Source: Klebsormidium nitens (taxonomy: Eukaryota; Plantae; Klebsormidiophyceae). From it: DNA of 64,000 bases. The notes beneath the pieces are model-generated. The model ran no database searches and was not told where the DNA came from. It was given only the letters and a program-made list of their open reading frames with translations. The stretch is from assembly GCA_000708835.1 (NCBI GenBank), contig DF237294.1, positions 36,362-100,361 of the forward strand, in the 5' to 3' direction. Positions within the stretch are counted from its first letter, which is position 1; every line of letters starts with the position of its first letter. This document shows, one piece after another, positions 1 to 11,729 of this stretch. The position numbers and the translations under genes were made by a program.

Positions 1-24
1 CCCTGCGTCCACTCTTCTGCGCAG

Positions 25-3000
25 TGCACTAGTCCGTTGTGTACGGCCGTCGTCACCTCGTGAGCGCGTCACCAGCGGCCCTGTTGTCCCCCAGTCGTGA
101 ACGCGGAAGCGCCTCTGCCTGCTGTCCTCGTTGCCCTGCCCGTCGTTCTGACGCGGGTGTCACGCGGCGCGCTGCGTGCGTGCAGGTACATCCCGCTCAA
201 CACCAAGAACGCGGACGGCACCAACGCCACCACCGCGGGCAGCTCCATCGTCTACGAGGTCGACTACGACGAGTACGGCGGCTGGTGAGCAAAGCACCGC
301 TGCGCCGCTGCCACACTCGCGCTTGGCCACGTACGGATCTGCTTGCCCTAGGCTAAACCGGATCGAAGTTCAGACTTACAGTTCGACATCCTGCTCAATG
401 CCCCCGCGCGTCGTCGGCCACCAAGTATGCAACTTTGTCTTATTTTGCGTTCACCTCACGTGCAGGGGCTACCCTGTCTACGGCTTCTTCAGCGCTCGTG
501 AGTGCTGCCCCCGCTTCTTTGCCCACAGCGCGTCACTGTCACCTGTTTCGCTGCCGGCCCCGCCCACGCACCCCGCCTAACCCGGCCCCCTTGTCGGCCA
601 GCTGGGTCCCATCTCTGCTTGTTTCTCTCGATATGCCACTTTCGATACTCTCTGCTCGAGCGACTCGGTACCGTTCTGATCCTGACTCGCTCCTGTCTCC
701 CCGTGTGCAGCCATCATCCCCCCCGACAACGGCACTAACACGGCAGGAGGTCCGTCGCCCCTACCCCCCCTCGTGTTCTCCCCGCCGTTGTCTTCGCTGC
801 CTGTCTCGCATCCCGTCCTGCTGCCGGCCTTCGTCCTCGGATGAGCTTCACTGGCACGACGGCTCCCGGCAGGCTCTGCGTCATGCGCCATTTGCCAGCT
901 GTCACCGGTTGATTTGTCCTTGCCCTGCTCCTTCCGTCGGCTCCCCGTCTTCCTGCTGATCCGTCTCTGTGCCGCTGCTTGTGGCAGCCATCACGCCGCA
1001 CAAGGTCAACTACGGCATCAAGACGAGCGCCGACTCGACCGGCTTCGACCCGGTGACGTACCCGCCCGGCTTCCAGTCCACGCTCAACAGCAGCACCGAC
1101 CTGCAGTACATGAACGCCTCCTTCCAGTACCGCATCCCTCTCAGACCCTTCCTCGGCACCATTGGTGAGCGCGCGCGTCACCGCTTGCACACTGCGGCCA
1201 CGGCAAGTGTCGTGCCCGGGGTCGGGCCGCAGCTCGGAATGAGAACGGCCATAAATCAGAGATTTACACTTAGGTCAGAATTGTCGGAACGAGGCAGCCA
1301 AGTTCGAGGTTGCCCGGTCCGCCTCCCTGACCGCTGCGCGCGTGGCCGTGTGCAGGCGTGACCCCGTCCAACGCGGCCAACTACATCAACGGCGCGCCCA
1401 ATGGTGAGCTGCCCCACCCCGACGTGCTGCCGTACGGCGGCTACCCGGTACACGTTGCCCCGCACACAGTCGCGTCTTCAAAGGTCGTCAGATGCAGTTG
1501 AGAAAATGCAACCGAGCTGGGGTGTCTTGGCTGCGATCGACTCGGTCATCATTCCGGCCTGGCAGGTGTTTTAAGTCACCGCCATTGCTGCTGTGCAGGC
1601 ACGCTGGGCGCGGCTACCACCGCGCCATCCCGCTTCGGTGGCAACATGGTGAGAAGCGACGCGACACAAAGCTAGAGCGCGCTGCTTCGAGCCGGCGCAT
1701 ACAAGCACAAACTGGACCACCCGCTTTTGCCCTTTCTGAAAACCTCGGTCTGAAGGTCTCTGGTGCAAGCTGCTACCGATGTCTGTTGCATCCTGTTGTA
1801 TCGGGCGTTCCTCTCACGCTGGCTTACTCCGTTGCGTGCCAGGACAACTGGCGCGTCGGCGCGGGGTCCACGCTGTACGTGCGCGTGGAGGTGCCCGGTG
1901 AGGAGACACGCCGCCGCACACACCGCGCTGCCAGCATCAAATTCAAAGGCACTGCAGATTTTCAGCTGCTGCGTTCCTTTCGAGCCTGCTTTACTATTGT
2001 TGAAACAATCTGCAACATGCTGAAGCTTTTCTTCTCTTCTTCTGCAGGTGCCAACTTCTTCTTCGGTGGTAAGTCCTCAACACGTCCTTCGGTTACGTCG
2101 CCCTTGCTTCGAAATTTTCAACGCTCTGCAGACAGTCCGGTAACATCGTGCGCGCTTCCGCTTCGCCTCGTCCGTGGCCGTTGCGCCAGGTCGACGCTCA
2201 GCTGTTGCACTTCTTGCTCTGCATCCGTCCTGCCTCCAGCGTCGTCGTGTCCTCCCGTAGTCGCTCACGCCTCGCTTGCTTGCCGTGCCCGCAGACTGCC
2301 ACACGGCGCAGGGCGACTCGGAGATCTCGGGGACGGCCATCGAGACGTCGCTGACGGCGGTGTACCGCCTCACCACGCTGCCCGCCGCCACGCTGCCGGC
2401 CGCCCTGCAGAACTTGAGGTGCGCCCGCGCGGCACGCCCGCCCAGTGCCACAGCTTTTGCCAGTTTCTGGTCCTTGATTTCACCCGTTCGCAAGAGTAGG
2501 CACTGCACGATCTTCTTTGAGCTGACTTGAGTTAAGGCCCTATTTTCCGGCACTTTGTTTGGTTCCGTTACTGACGCTGGTGTGTTGATTTTGCAGCTTC
2601 CCCATCCTGGAGACCGCCGATGCGATCGACATTCAGGGCTTTGCGGTGAGCCCAACGCCGGTGACAAACTGGACCCCAGTTGAAAAGATCTCGGCGCAAG
2701 TGCTTCTTGGATGTCGTATTCTACTCTTGTTTCGCCAGCCATTTCTGCGATTTCTGAGGCCCCCTAAGTAACTTACCAGTCCGTCTACCGCGTGCGCCTG
2801 CTGCCTCACCCCGCCTCCCCCCTCCTGCTTGCCCCGCAGTTAAACAACTATCTGGACGAGCTGCCGGTGCCGTCCCAGATCGCGACGGCGGGCGGCCGCA
2901 GCGTTGACGCGGCGCTGGCGCACGCGTACCAGAACGTGCGCGACTTCCTCGTCAAGGGATTCGCCATGCAGGTCAGCGCCGCCCGCCGCCCGCCCAACCC

Positions 3001-3805
3001 ACCACAGCGCGCCGCTGCAGCGCACCTGAGCCGGGCTTTGTTTCGTGGCCACGGCCCCGTTTTGTGAGAGAAGCGTCGTTGCTGTTGCAAACCTCAGACG
3101 AGGTTCCTCTCACGCCCGAGGCTGATGTCGCCGCTGTGCGTGTGCAGGAGCGCGAGGCGCTGTCACTCATCAGCACCGGGGTGGACTTCGGCGTCACCCA
3201 GGTAAGCACGCCGGGGCCAGAGTGGGCCTTGGCAGCGACACCTGGAGGTTTCGAGATGCTTGGGAGCCTTTCCTTCTAGCTCTAATTCTGCTTCAATTGT
3301 CAAAGAGCATTTAGGAAAGCATTGTTGATCACTGGGGCCTACTCTCGGCTGACGGGGTCGTCGGCGCCGCAGGTGGTGGACAGCAACTTCGGCGTGCACG
3401 CCAACCTGCGCAAGTCCATCTTCAGCGCCAAGCCCGCCACCACGCCCGCCGGCCTCTTCACCGGGCCCGCCTCCCGCAAGCTCAAGGGACAGGTAAGTGT
3501 CCCGCGCCGCGATTGTCCTCCAAATTTGTTCGCAAGAGTGATAGAACTCAGCTCCGACGCCGCGATTGTGCGTCGTGCTGGCACCCCCGCACTTCCTTTT
3601 ATTCTTTCCCCCGATCTTGTGCTGTGCTCCTGCCCGAGTGTTGTGCTCGCTTCGCTGTGATTCTGCCGTGCCTGGCGGGCTGCCGTCCTTGTGGCGGGCC
3701 TGGTGTGCCTGACGCGGGGGGCTGACTCTCGTGCAGGGCGGCGAGGTGGAGGAGGAGGCCATGGACCTGCTCAGCCTCCTGAAGCGGTTCGAGGCCAAAA
3801 AGTAG
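25..3805 (+). CDS. Acetamidase/formamidase family protein (PF03069-like), multi-exon, 5' end lies outside the window
   Basis: Exons joined in phase at GT-AG sites: 25-59, 186-284, 466-497, 711-749, 988-1164, 1356-1403, 1599-1648, 1843-1897, 2048-2068, 2295-2418, 2597-2645, 2840-2971, 3148-3201, 3373-3492, 3737-3805. Translation contains family motifs RPFLGTIGV, FGGNMDNWRVGAGSTLY, GDCHTAQGDSEISGTAIE and DFGVTQVVDSNFGVH; stop TAG at 3803-3805. Confidence 0.9.
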
Positions 3806-4731
3806 AGCGGACGAAGCCCGGGGAGGGTCCGCCGCGCTGCCTTGCAAGACGAAGAACTGGGCGTGGTGTAGACAAGAATTTCGGAGGTGCATTTTTTGAA
3901 AAACCGTGTTGGTGTACGTAATTCTAAGTAAGGGTTAAGTTGCTAGTCCTGGGTATGCCGTTGCGTGTTTTCCTGCATGGGGATTTCTGACGAGAATTCT
4001 GGATGACGTACTCCTACGGTCACTCCGAAGGTTCGCTCCGGCATCCATCAATGCAGGCACCCAAGACGTAGGTTTAGATAGTTTGCGTCTCAAGCGTTGC
4101 GTCGTGCGTCCAACTTTCTGGCCACCCGATTGTGCAGTCCCACACACACATTTTAAGAGTTTCGGAGGGCCGAAAGTGACGTCTTTTGTTGAAACGATCA
4201 TAGATCTTGAAACTTGCTGCAGAAGACCTTGCTAAAACTCATTTATTGAGGTATGGCCTTTCCCCAATTCCGAAACCTTTACAAACACGCGTTGTGTCAG
4301 CCACTCGCGGTCTAAGAAATATGGAGGGCACGGGGCGTATGTTTGTGAATGCAAGCGCAATACGTATATACATCCTTGACCCGTGCAGGCATATCCTGTA
4401 CTTAGTTCACCGGTCAATGAGACATGATTGAAAACACGTGCAATTCAAGTTGCGCGACCTCAGCATGTGAAGATATACGTCTTCTGCTTTGGATCTTGCA
4501 TATTGTATCGCAGAAGCTACATGAAGTTCATTTCCGACTGAAGAGTACGCGATGTGGTGAAATACTGGTGAGGTGTTGATGTAGCTGGGAGCTAGTACTA
4601 CGGAGTTACTCGATTGATTGCATATAAATGGGAGCCGTTTCAGCCGCAGCTTTCAAATCATAAGGAATTACACCTCCTGTCTGACCATATGCCGCATCTA
4701 GAAAGCGTTTTTATCAACGTAAAACTGGGTT

Positions 4732-4927
4732 TGAACAGTCTGGCACACCGGGCTGATCAGCTGCAGCACCGGGACTAGCACACCGACAAACGAAAGGGGA
4801 ATCCTCGCCCCTTCCGCAGCGGATGGCCGGGTTCGAGAATCGAACACACGACCTTTCGGTCCAACCCCTTTTAGTGTGCTAGGTTAAGCACGACGCTCAA
4901 CCAACTGAGCTAGCCCGAGGAGGCACA
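4732..4927 (-). mobile_element. tRNA-derived SINE (~196 bp) with perfect 16-bp target-site duplication
   Basis: AACGTAAAACTGGGTT occurs at both 4716-4731 and 4928-4943, directly flanking a segment whose minus-strand 5' part carries Pol III A box TAGCTCAGTTGG and B box GTTCGATTC, followed by ~90 nt of non-tRNA body. Confidence 0.8.
4824..4919 (-). pseudogene. tRNA-Ile(AAT)-like head of the SINE (non-functional tRNA derivative)
   Basis: Minus strand reads CTCGGGCTAGCTCAGTTGGTTGAGCGTCGTGCTTAAC-[~23 nt insert]-CCGAAAGGTCGTGTGTTCGATTCTCGAACCCGGCCA, resembling eukaryotic tRNA-Ile(AAT). The D stem pairs, but the acceptor, anticodon and T stems pair poorly. Confidence 0.65.
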
Positions 4928-5324
4928 AACGTAAAACTGGGTTGACTTTGATCCCTAACAGAGCCAGCCTGCTTGGCAGTATATAAATCTTCTGAAAAGT
5001 GTCCATGGCCGGAATGACCGACTGCATTTCGATCGCCGACAATGTATCAGCTTCGTTTGGTACAATTGGGCCGGGCGGACTGGCTGAGCGCTCCCGCAGT
5101 TGCGGTATGGGCACATGATACTGGAGTACTGTCAGATGCACACTGTGTCTGTTCAAAGTTGGCCTTGCTCAAGTTTGGCCGTATCGACGACAACGTCCTC
5201 GAGGTACCCTTTCGCCGTTTCACCTGTTCAGAATCCGTCAGCAGACCACTTGAGTCTGGCGCTGCCGTAGTGTCTGTCGTTCCAGCTGAGCCCAGCGCTT
5301 CGAGGGGCTTTGCCTCCCCCGGCC

Positions 5325-8300
5325 TCATGGCCATCGATTGGAGTGCGACACCATCATCTGTATCCGCTTGGTTTCCGCGAACCTGTCCGCCCCCTTCTCC
5401 CCTTTCTTGGGCGACCCGCTCGCCGCCGGCTTGCCCTCGTCGCCGGCCTTTCCCCGCCCACCCGCCCGCCCGAGCACGGCCGCCTTGTGCGGGCTGTTGC
5501 TGTCGTACAGCCGGGCATACCCGCCGCCGCCGCTGCCCGCCCCCGGCGACCCCTCCTCGCCGCCCTCGTCGGCGGCCGCCTTCCGGCCCCGCCCGCCCGC
5601 GGCCTTCTCCTGCGACCCCAGCTCCGGCTGCGCCTTGCTGCTCCGGGGCGAAATGGCCGGCAGCTTCACCGTGCCCGCGCCACCAGTTTGGAGCGAGCCG
5701 GGGGGCGCCTTCCGCCCGGGCGGATGAGCAGAGCCTGCAACGGCGTCGCAAGTGTCGTAAACACGCAGACTCCAATCGCTCCTCTTGACAATATTCCCCT
5801 CCTTTTGGCATGCCTTGCAACGCTCGTTCACACCGGGGAGCTTACACGACCTCGGTCAATGACTTAGGGCTCACATCCCAGGTTCGACCGCTTTCCCGGC
5901 CCTTTCGCAAGTTATCGAGCATTTACAAAGCTAGCAATAGTCCGCTTGATCCGTGCCTCTCCTGCTGGTCTCTTTGTTTCTCACCTCCCGCCCCGGCCGG
6001 TCCTGCGTGCGTCCTGCCCCCCGGTGGCGCTGCCCCGTTGGGCGCGGGGTTGCTGCTCTGCGGCGGCGGCGCTGTGCGGTAGGCGGCCTGGTCGGTCATG
6101 CGCAGGTTGTGGCTGCGCTGCAGGGAGTAGTCGATGGCGCCGCGCAGCTCCATGTCGATCTCGCGCCCGATGTACAGCTTCTCCACCAGCGCGTCCATCT
6201 TCTCCTTGGTCATGTCCAGCTCGCGCTTGCGGTCCAGCACCTCGTTCTTCGCCTCGCGGATGGACGTCGCGGCCGCCTCCGCCTGCCCGCGCCACTTCTC
6301 CATCTCCACGTGCATCGTGCGCGTGCGGCTCTCCAGCTCCACGCGCAGCCGCTCGATCTCCGCGCCCATCTTCAGCATCTGCACCGCCGCCACGCCGCGC
6401 GTCAGGGAGCCGCCCAGGAGACGGCCACGCGACCACAAACTGCGAGGTCTCGCAACGGATCGCAACGGCTATTGTGACCTTCCCCTCTTCAGGATAAGGG
6501 TGTCGGTAAACCTGTTGACCAAACATGCTTCGACGAAAAGAAGACCTGCTACAAAGGTGGCCTGGGAGCAAAGTGGACTTGCGGTTCAGCCGAGTCCTTC
6601 TACAGACCAGCGCTGGCTCTGACATCGACTCAGAGCGTGCAGCCGTGTGGCACGGTGCTTGAGCAATGCCGCAGCGCTGACCACGGCATGGTGCTCCGCT
6701 TCGGCCTTAAGGCGAGCGAGCTGCTCCGCGTTCTTGGCGGCCTCCTCGGCCTTGTTCACGGCGGACGCCAGCCGCTTGTTCTCCGCCGCCAGGCCCGCCA
6801 GCTGCTTCTCCGCGTACTCCTTCTCCGCCGCCAGCTCCGCGCGCTCCGCCTCCAGGGCCGCCACGCTCTCCTGCACGCCACTCACGCGGACCGCGGCCTC
6901 CTCGGCGCTGCACGCACGACGATGCGGAACAAAGCTAAGGACGGATCTATCAATCTACCTCAAGACCATTTGAGTGACCTACCGTTTCCCCATGAACAAG
7001 AGTCGTGTTTCCGAAGTTTGGGCTGGGGCTTTCAACCCACAGCCAAAGATCTGCTTCATATGTACAGATCGGAACGTGGACACGTATGGCGTTGCGCTAC
7101 ATAAGTAGAAAAGAGCACCCGGCACAACTGGGCCAGCCAGCTGCCAGTGCACCCCATGCCGGGGTGGGCGAGGCTCACTGTACGAGGCGCTGATTCTTCT
7201 GCTCCAGGCGCTCCCACTTGTCCGCATAGTCCTGCATCGCGCGCCGTGCCTCGTCGAGGCCCTCCTCGGCCATGCGGCGCGCGGCCTGGCTCTCCTTGAA
7301 GTGCTTCTCAATGAGTACCATCATGTCCTCCAGCTCGAGCCGCGTCGCAGCCTCGGTCTCCGCCTGGCAAGCAAGCAGCGGGCGAGATGAGTTGGAAATT
7401 GGTGTGGAGGAGAGCTGATTCCGAGTGCGAANNNNNNNNNNNNNNNNNNNNNNNNNNNNNNNNNNNNNNNNNNNNNNNNNNNNNNNNNNNNNNNNNNNNN
7501 NNNNNNNNNNNNNNNNNNNNNNNNNNNNNNNNNNNNNNNNNNNNNNNNNNNNNNNNNNNNNNNNNNNNNNNNNNNNNNNNNNNNNNNNNNNNNNNNNNNN
7601 NNNNNNNNNNNNNNNNNNNNNNNNNNNNNNNNNNNNNNNNNNNNNNNNNNNNNNNNNNNNNNNNNNNNNNNNNNNNNNNNNNNNNNNNNNNNNNNNNNNN
7701 NNNNNNNNNNNNNNNNNNNNNNNNNNNNNNNNNNNNNNNNNNNNNNNNNNNNNNNNNNNNNNNNNNNNNNNNNNNNNNNNNNNNNNNNNNNNNNNNNNNN
7801 NNNNNNNNNNNNNNNNNNNNNNNNNNNNNNNNNNNNNNNNNNNNNNNNNNNNNNNNNNNNNNNNNNNNNNNNNNNNNNNNNNNNNNNNNNNNNNNNNNNN
7901 NNNNNNNNNNNNNNNNNNNNNNNNNNNNNNNNNNNNNNNNNNNNNNNNNNNNNNNNNNNNNNNNNNNNNNNNNNNAAGATAATTGTCGAGGAGCATCCTC
8001 GAACACGCCTGGTACGTCACCGAGTCAATGAAAAAGTGAAGAACAAGCTGTCGGAAGGACAAAACAGGGACTGCGAAGAACGATGCGAACTATCAGTTGC
8101 TGCAATGTGTCCAATTTGTATCTCTCAAAGCTTTTGATAAGACGAAGACGTTCCAAGAATTAGTAAGCCATGGAGGCTCAATCACAAGATGAGCTCTCGT
8201 CATAATGGACAGCGACAACAGACTTTTTCGGCTCTGCTTCCGAACTTCGTTGCTTAGTTTCTCACTTTATCCTTGTCGTCATTCAGTCTCACTGTTTGAG

Positions 8301-9468
8301 CTGGGGTTAACATCTATAGAACCAGTGGTAACTTTAGTCCTGCTTGTGTGGAGCAGCACAATCAACCTCACTTTGGGCGGACGTCTTTTGCCCAGTGTAC
8401 TTCCACACTGTTACGCGTTTTTGAAGAGTCGCACTCAATCTGCTGATTCTCTTCAGTATTCAAAGACCAAGTTCGTATCAAGATATCAAAGGGTAAAGTC
8501 GCTGTTCAATCTTGAACATGATCATTTTGACACGTCTCCCTCGTCGCCCACTGGCTGAGAGTCTACCTCGGCTACCAGAAACGACAACCAAAAGGAGCCC
8601 AACAGCCAGACAACTCAATGCTTGCCACACAAGCCCTCGTCCAGCCCAGAGATACGTTGGGTTCGCGCACCTGCTCCTGTGCCTCCTGCAGCTGTTTCCT
8701 CAGCCCCTCCAGCTGCGCCTCTGCCTCCTCGCGCTTGCGCCGCTCCTCCTCCAGCAGCTCTTCCACGCTCTTGGGGGCACCCGCCACCTCATCGCCCATT
8801 CCTGTGTCGCTTCCGCTCTCTGCCATGCTGCTTGAGGTCTGCTCTGCCCCCTCCTCCGCTTGTGGTGTTCCTTCCTCCGCTTCCCCCGCCGCTGGCTGCT
8901 GGCCTGCTTGGAGGCGCTGCTCCAGGAAGGGCAGGCTGCCCTCCTCGGGGAGGTGGCTCAGGGCCGCCTCCAGTGGGATGGACCCCGCATCCGCCGCCTC
9001 AGCCACCAGGTCCGGCGGCAGCGCCTCCTCATCCACGCCCTTCTGCTCTCCATCAGAAGATGTGGTTTCGTTGACAGCATTCCTGGATCCATCTGTAGCC
9101 CACATGACTCCACCCAAGTTTTCCTTGTCGATGGGAACGTCTCCCGGTTCTGCAGCCAGCTCCCCCTCTTTGGCCCCCTTCTCGCCCACAATCTCCTCCT
9201 CCATGGGTAACCCCGCGTTGGCTGCGTCAGCGGGCATGCCTTTCTCTTCACCACCCAGCTCAGGCGCTGCTGTGTCCACTGCATCCGTCCCAGGCGTTGT
9301 GGCAATGTCAGGTGAGAGAAGGTCAGCCTGTCCTGAGGTGGCTTCCGCAGCGTCAGGGAGAGCAATCTGATCAGCCCCGACATTCTCTTCACTTGCTTCC
9401 ACAAGTGCGGGCCCAGGGACCGAAGCTTCACCACTCTCCAGATCCTGCTCTGCAGAGGGCCCCTCCAT
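5325..9468 (-). CDS. Uncharacterised protein with acidic low-complexity N-terminus and long coiled-coil region; multi-exon, interrupted by an assembly gap
   Basis: First exon 9468-8671 (MEGPSAEQDLE...EELLEEERRKREEAEAQLEGLRKQLQEAQEQ). Further heptad-rich exons at 7363-7179, ~6907-6640 and ~6385-5985 (MGAEIERLRVELESRTRTMHVEMEKWRGQ...). Last exon ~5734-5325 ends RFAETKRIQMMVSHSNRWP*. Splice phases consistent where checked. Confidence 0.7.
7432..7975. other. Assembly gap (N run)
   Basis: Continuous N bases inside the coiled-coil gene. Confidence 1.
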
Positions 9469-10181
9469 CTTGTCAGCTCGTTAGATTGCTTCGTGCGGCC
9501 TCTGGTGATGTTCCTTGTTGCAGCCGAAGTTGCTTTGGAGAAGTCCAGCTTCTTGGCCAGGCTGCAGTTCTGAGCCTAGGTGCTGCTGACGGGCTCACAT
9601 TCCTACCTCCTGACGTTGAAAAGAGTATTACAGGTGCTGTGATGCTGATGCAGCTGTAGGTAGGTATACGGTTTAGCTAGAGAGTGGAAGTGGAAATGAA
9701 GCTTTGTACTTGAGCCTCAGAGTCATGGGCTAGCTACTTCACTTTTCGCAAGTCTACAATGCAAAAGAACCAGCATGTATCCTATTAGGTAGTTTAGGAC
9801 TATAGCATCATGTGCGACGTCCTAATCGTACGAAGATGTGGAGCGCGCGCGGAGTTGTGAGGAGCCCCTACAAATCGTCCGATGATAATAACTAACGGCG
9901 GAGATGGTCTGATGCGATCCAGTATAAGCAAGGCCTGGCAGCAAGAGTACTCGGTGCACGCATAGACTCCTGGTATTCGACTTCTGTCCGAGTATTGGCG
10001 CTTCCTGATTGTCTGCCATGACACCTCAATTGAGCGCAGTTGTTTGAAGCGCATGGAGATTCCAATGCTGTGCCTGTTGACTGGAAGGAGACAGCACGCC
10101 ATGGCCTCTGCGTAAGGAACGTGCGTGGAGCCTGAGCAGCTCCTTCAAGCTTTTCAAGAATCTGCTTGGCAGCCTAGCACA

Positions 10182-11729
10182 ATGGAAGGCAAGAGAGAAG
10201 CTGAGCAAGTGAGCGTCTTTGTATCGAAATACAAGGAAAAAGCCGCTCTCAACCAGTACTGGTACTCGCCAAAGACAATTGAGGTCATTGTGAAGGTGAG
10301 GTCAGTAGCGTCCAAGAACCAGTGCAGTCTTTCGAGAAATCACAGATTGAGCTCCGTAACAGCTTGCTTGGAGCTTTGGCAGCGGTACTAGAAAGTGGTA
10401 TCCCCTTCAATTGCAAAAGTTCGTGTAGGATCTTTCAAGGTGCTCTCTCGGTCCTCGAGCTGTCAGTGCGCTGCCTGCAACTGATACAACAGGTCTCACT
10501 ATAGTCCAAACATGATGCGTATGCACTTTTCTCAAACTGAGAGAGTCGATGGATCCGCAGACGCTGCACCATGCAACCAACCGGTGTTGTGCTTGTTCCT
10601 TCGTGGGCGATGAGTGCCTTTTCAATGACCTGTATTTTCTCCTGACCATTTTGCAGGAGGTAGAGCTGGTGGCCAAGAAGGTGGCTTTCCTATCCACTCC
10701 AAGCATCTATTTCTCGCTAAGCGATGCTGCCATCAAGAAGGAGAGCTATGTCTTTGATGTAAGGGATCCTGTCTGGCTAGAATTCAGGGAGTGGTGTGAC
10801 TTTGCCATGAGGTGCCATGTACCAGGAAGTATGCTTTCCTTGAAACTGTATTCAACCTCCAACAGAGCACGTTCGTTGTATTGCTTTCAGGTATAGCTAC
10901 TGGTGAAGCTATGAGACAAATGACTAGGATGTGAGATCGGACGATGGTGCCCGTTCCTGCTCCAGAAGGATACAAAAGGGGTATCGTGCAAACGGCCGTA
11001 CAATCAAACCAATACTGAATTCAAGTTTCGGGTAAAAAGCAGACTTGCAAATTCAGTTGGAGGCATCCTTCAAAAGCTGGTACAAATTTGTCCTCGAGAT
11101 CAGTTTTCTCCGGCTTCAGCCTGACATCGTGGTCATCTGCTCGCTGCAGCTGGATACCCAGTTTGCATGTGGGAGTAATTTCGTGCAGTACGACTTCAAC
11201 AAACCCACGGATATTCCCACGTCCCTGTGGCACAGCTTCGATTGCGTTGTCATTGATCCTCCGTTCATCACAGCCGACGTCTGGAAGAAGTATGGGGCAA
11301 CGGTAACAGCACTGCTCAGACCTCAAGGTATGATCACCCCACTGATTATATTTGTCCTGACTGTTCGTCAAAACTTGCTACTTCACTGAGGGTTCTTTTT
11401 CTTCAAAGGGTTCTTCTGCTGCAAGAAACACTGGATGCAAGCCAGGATCACGACTGCCGTGTGCATCTACCTACGCTTTCCTGACCTTGAAGAACTGTGT
11501 TCGAGCCCCGTACAACAAGCAAATCTGTTCAGGCACGTGAATGTCGAATTTTGCAGGCAAGATCATTCTGACAAGCACGCACGAGAATGCCGAGCTTCTG
11601 CACTCGCTTTTCGCAGTGACGCCCCAGTTGTTCTCCCCCTCCGTCCCCCACTTGGTTTACCAATACCGTCTGTATTGCAACTATCCCTCTACGTTCTTTT
11701 CTGAGCCTAATCCTGAGATTGGGGACTAG
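10182..11729 (+). CDS. N6-adenine-MTase-like domain (PF10237) protein, EEF1AKMT1/N6AMT2-family SAM methyltransferase
   Basis: Exons 10182-10295, 10657-10758, 11150-11327, 11557-11729. Motifs LNQYWYS, VAFLSTPSIY, YDFNKP, VVIDPPF and GKIILT. Start codon uncertain. Confidence 0.85.

Noticed and set aside
4824-4919. Functional intron-containing tRNA gene (apparent TAA anticodon)
   Set aside because: Acceptor, anticodon and T stems do not pair properly, and the unit lies inside a TSD-flanked insertion, so it is better explained as a SINE head.
7175-8062. Long ORFs spanning N runs (also 28897-30660, 30026-31588, 61562-62425)
   Set aside because: Their length is an artefact of gaps without stop codons; only the flanking parts were used.
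8205-8558. Plus-strand 117-aa ORF inside the coiled-coil gene intron
   Set aside because: No motif, no splice context and atypical codon usage.
5047-9370. Long antisense or alternative-frame ORFs (e.g. 5047-5820, 5946-6497, 8618-9370; also 39649-40740)
   Set aside because: Shadows of GC-rich coding exons with low-complexity Ala/Arg/Pro translations and no motifs.
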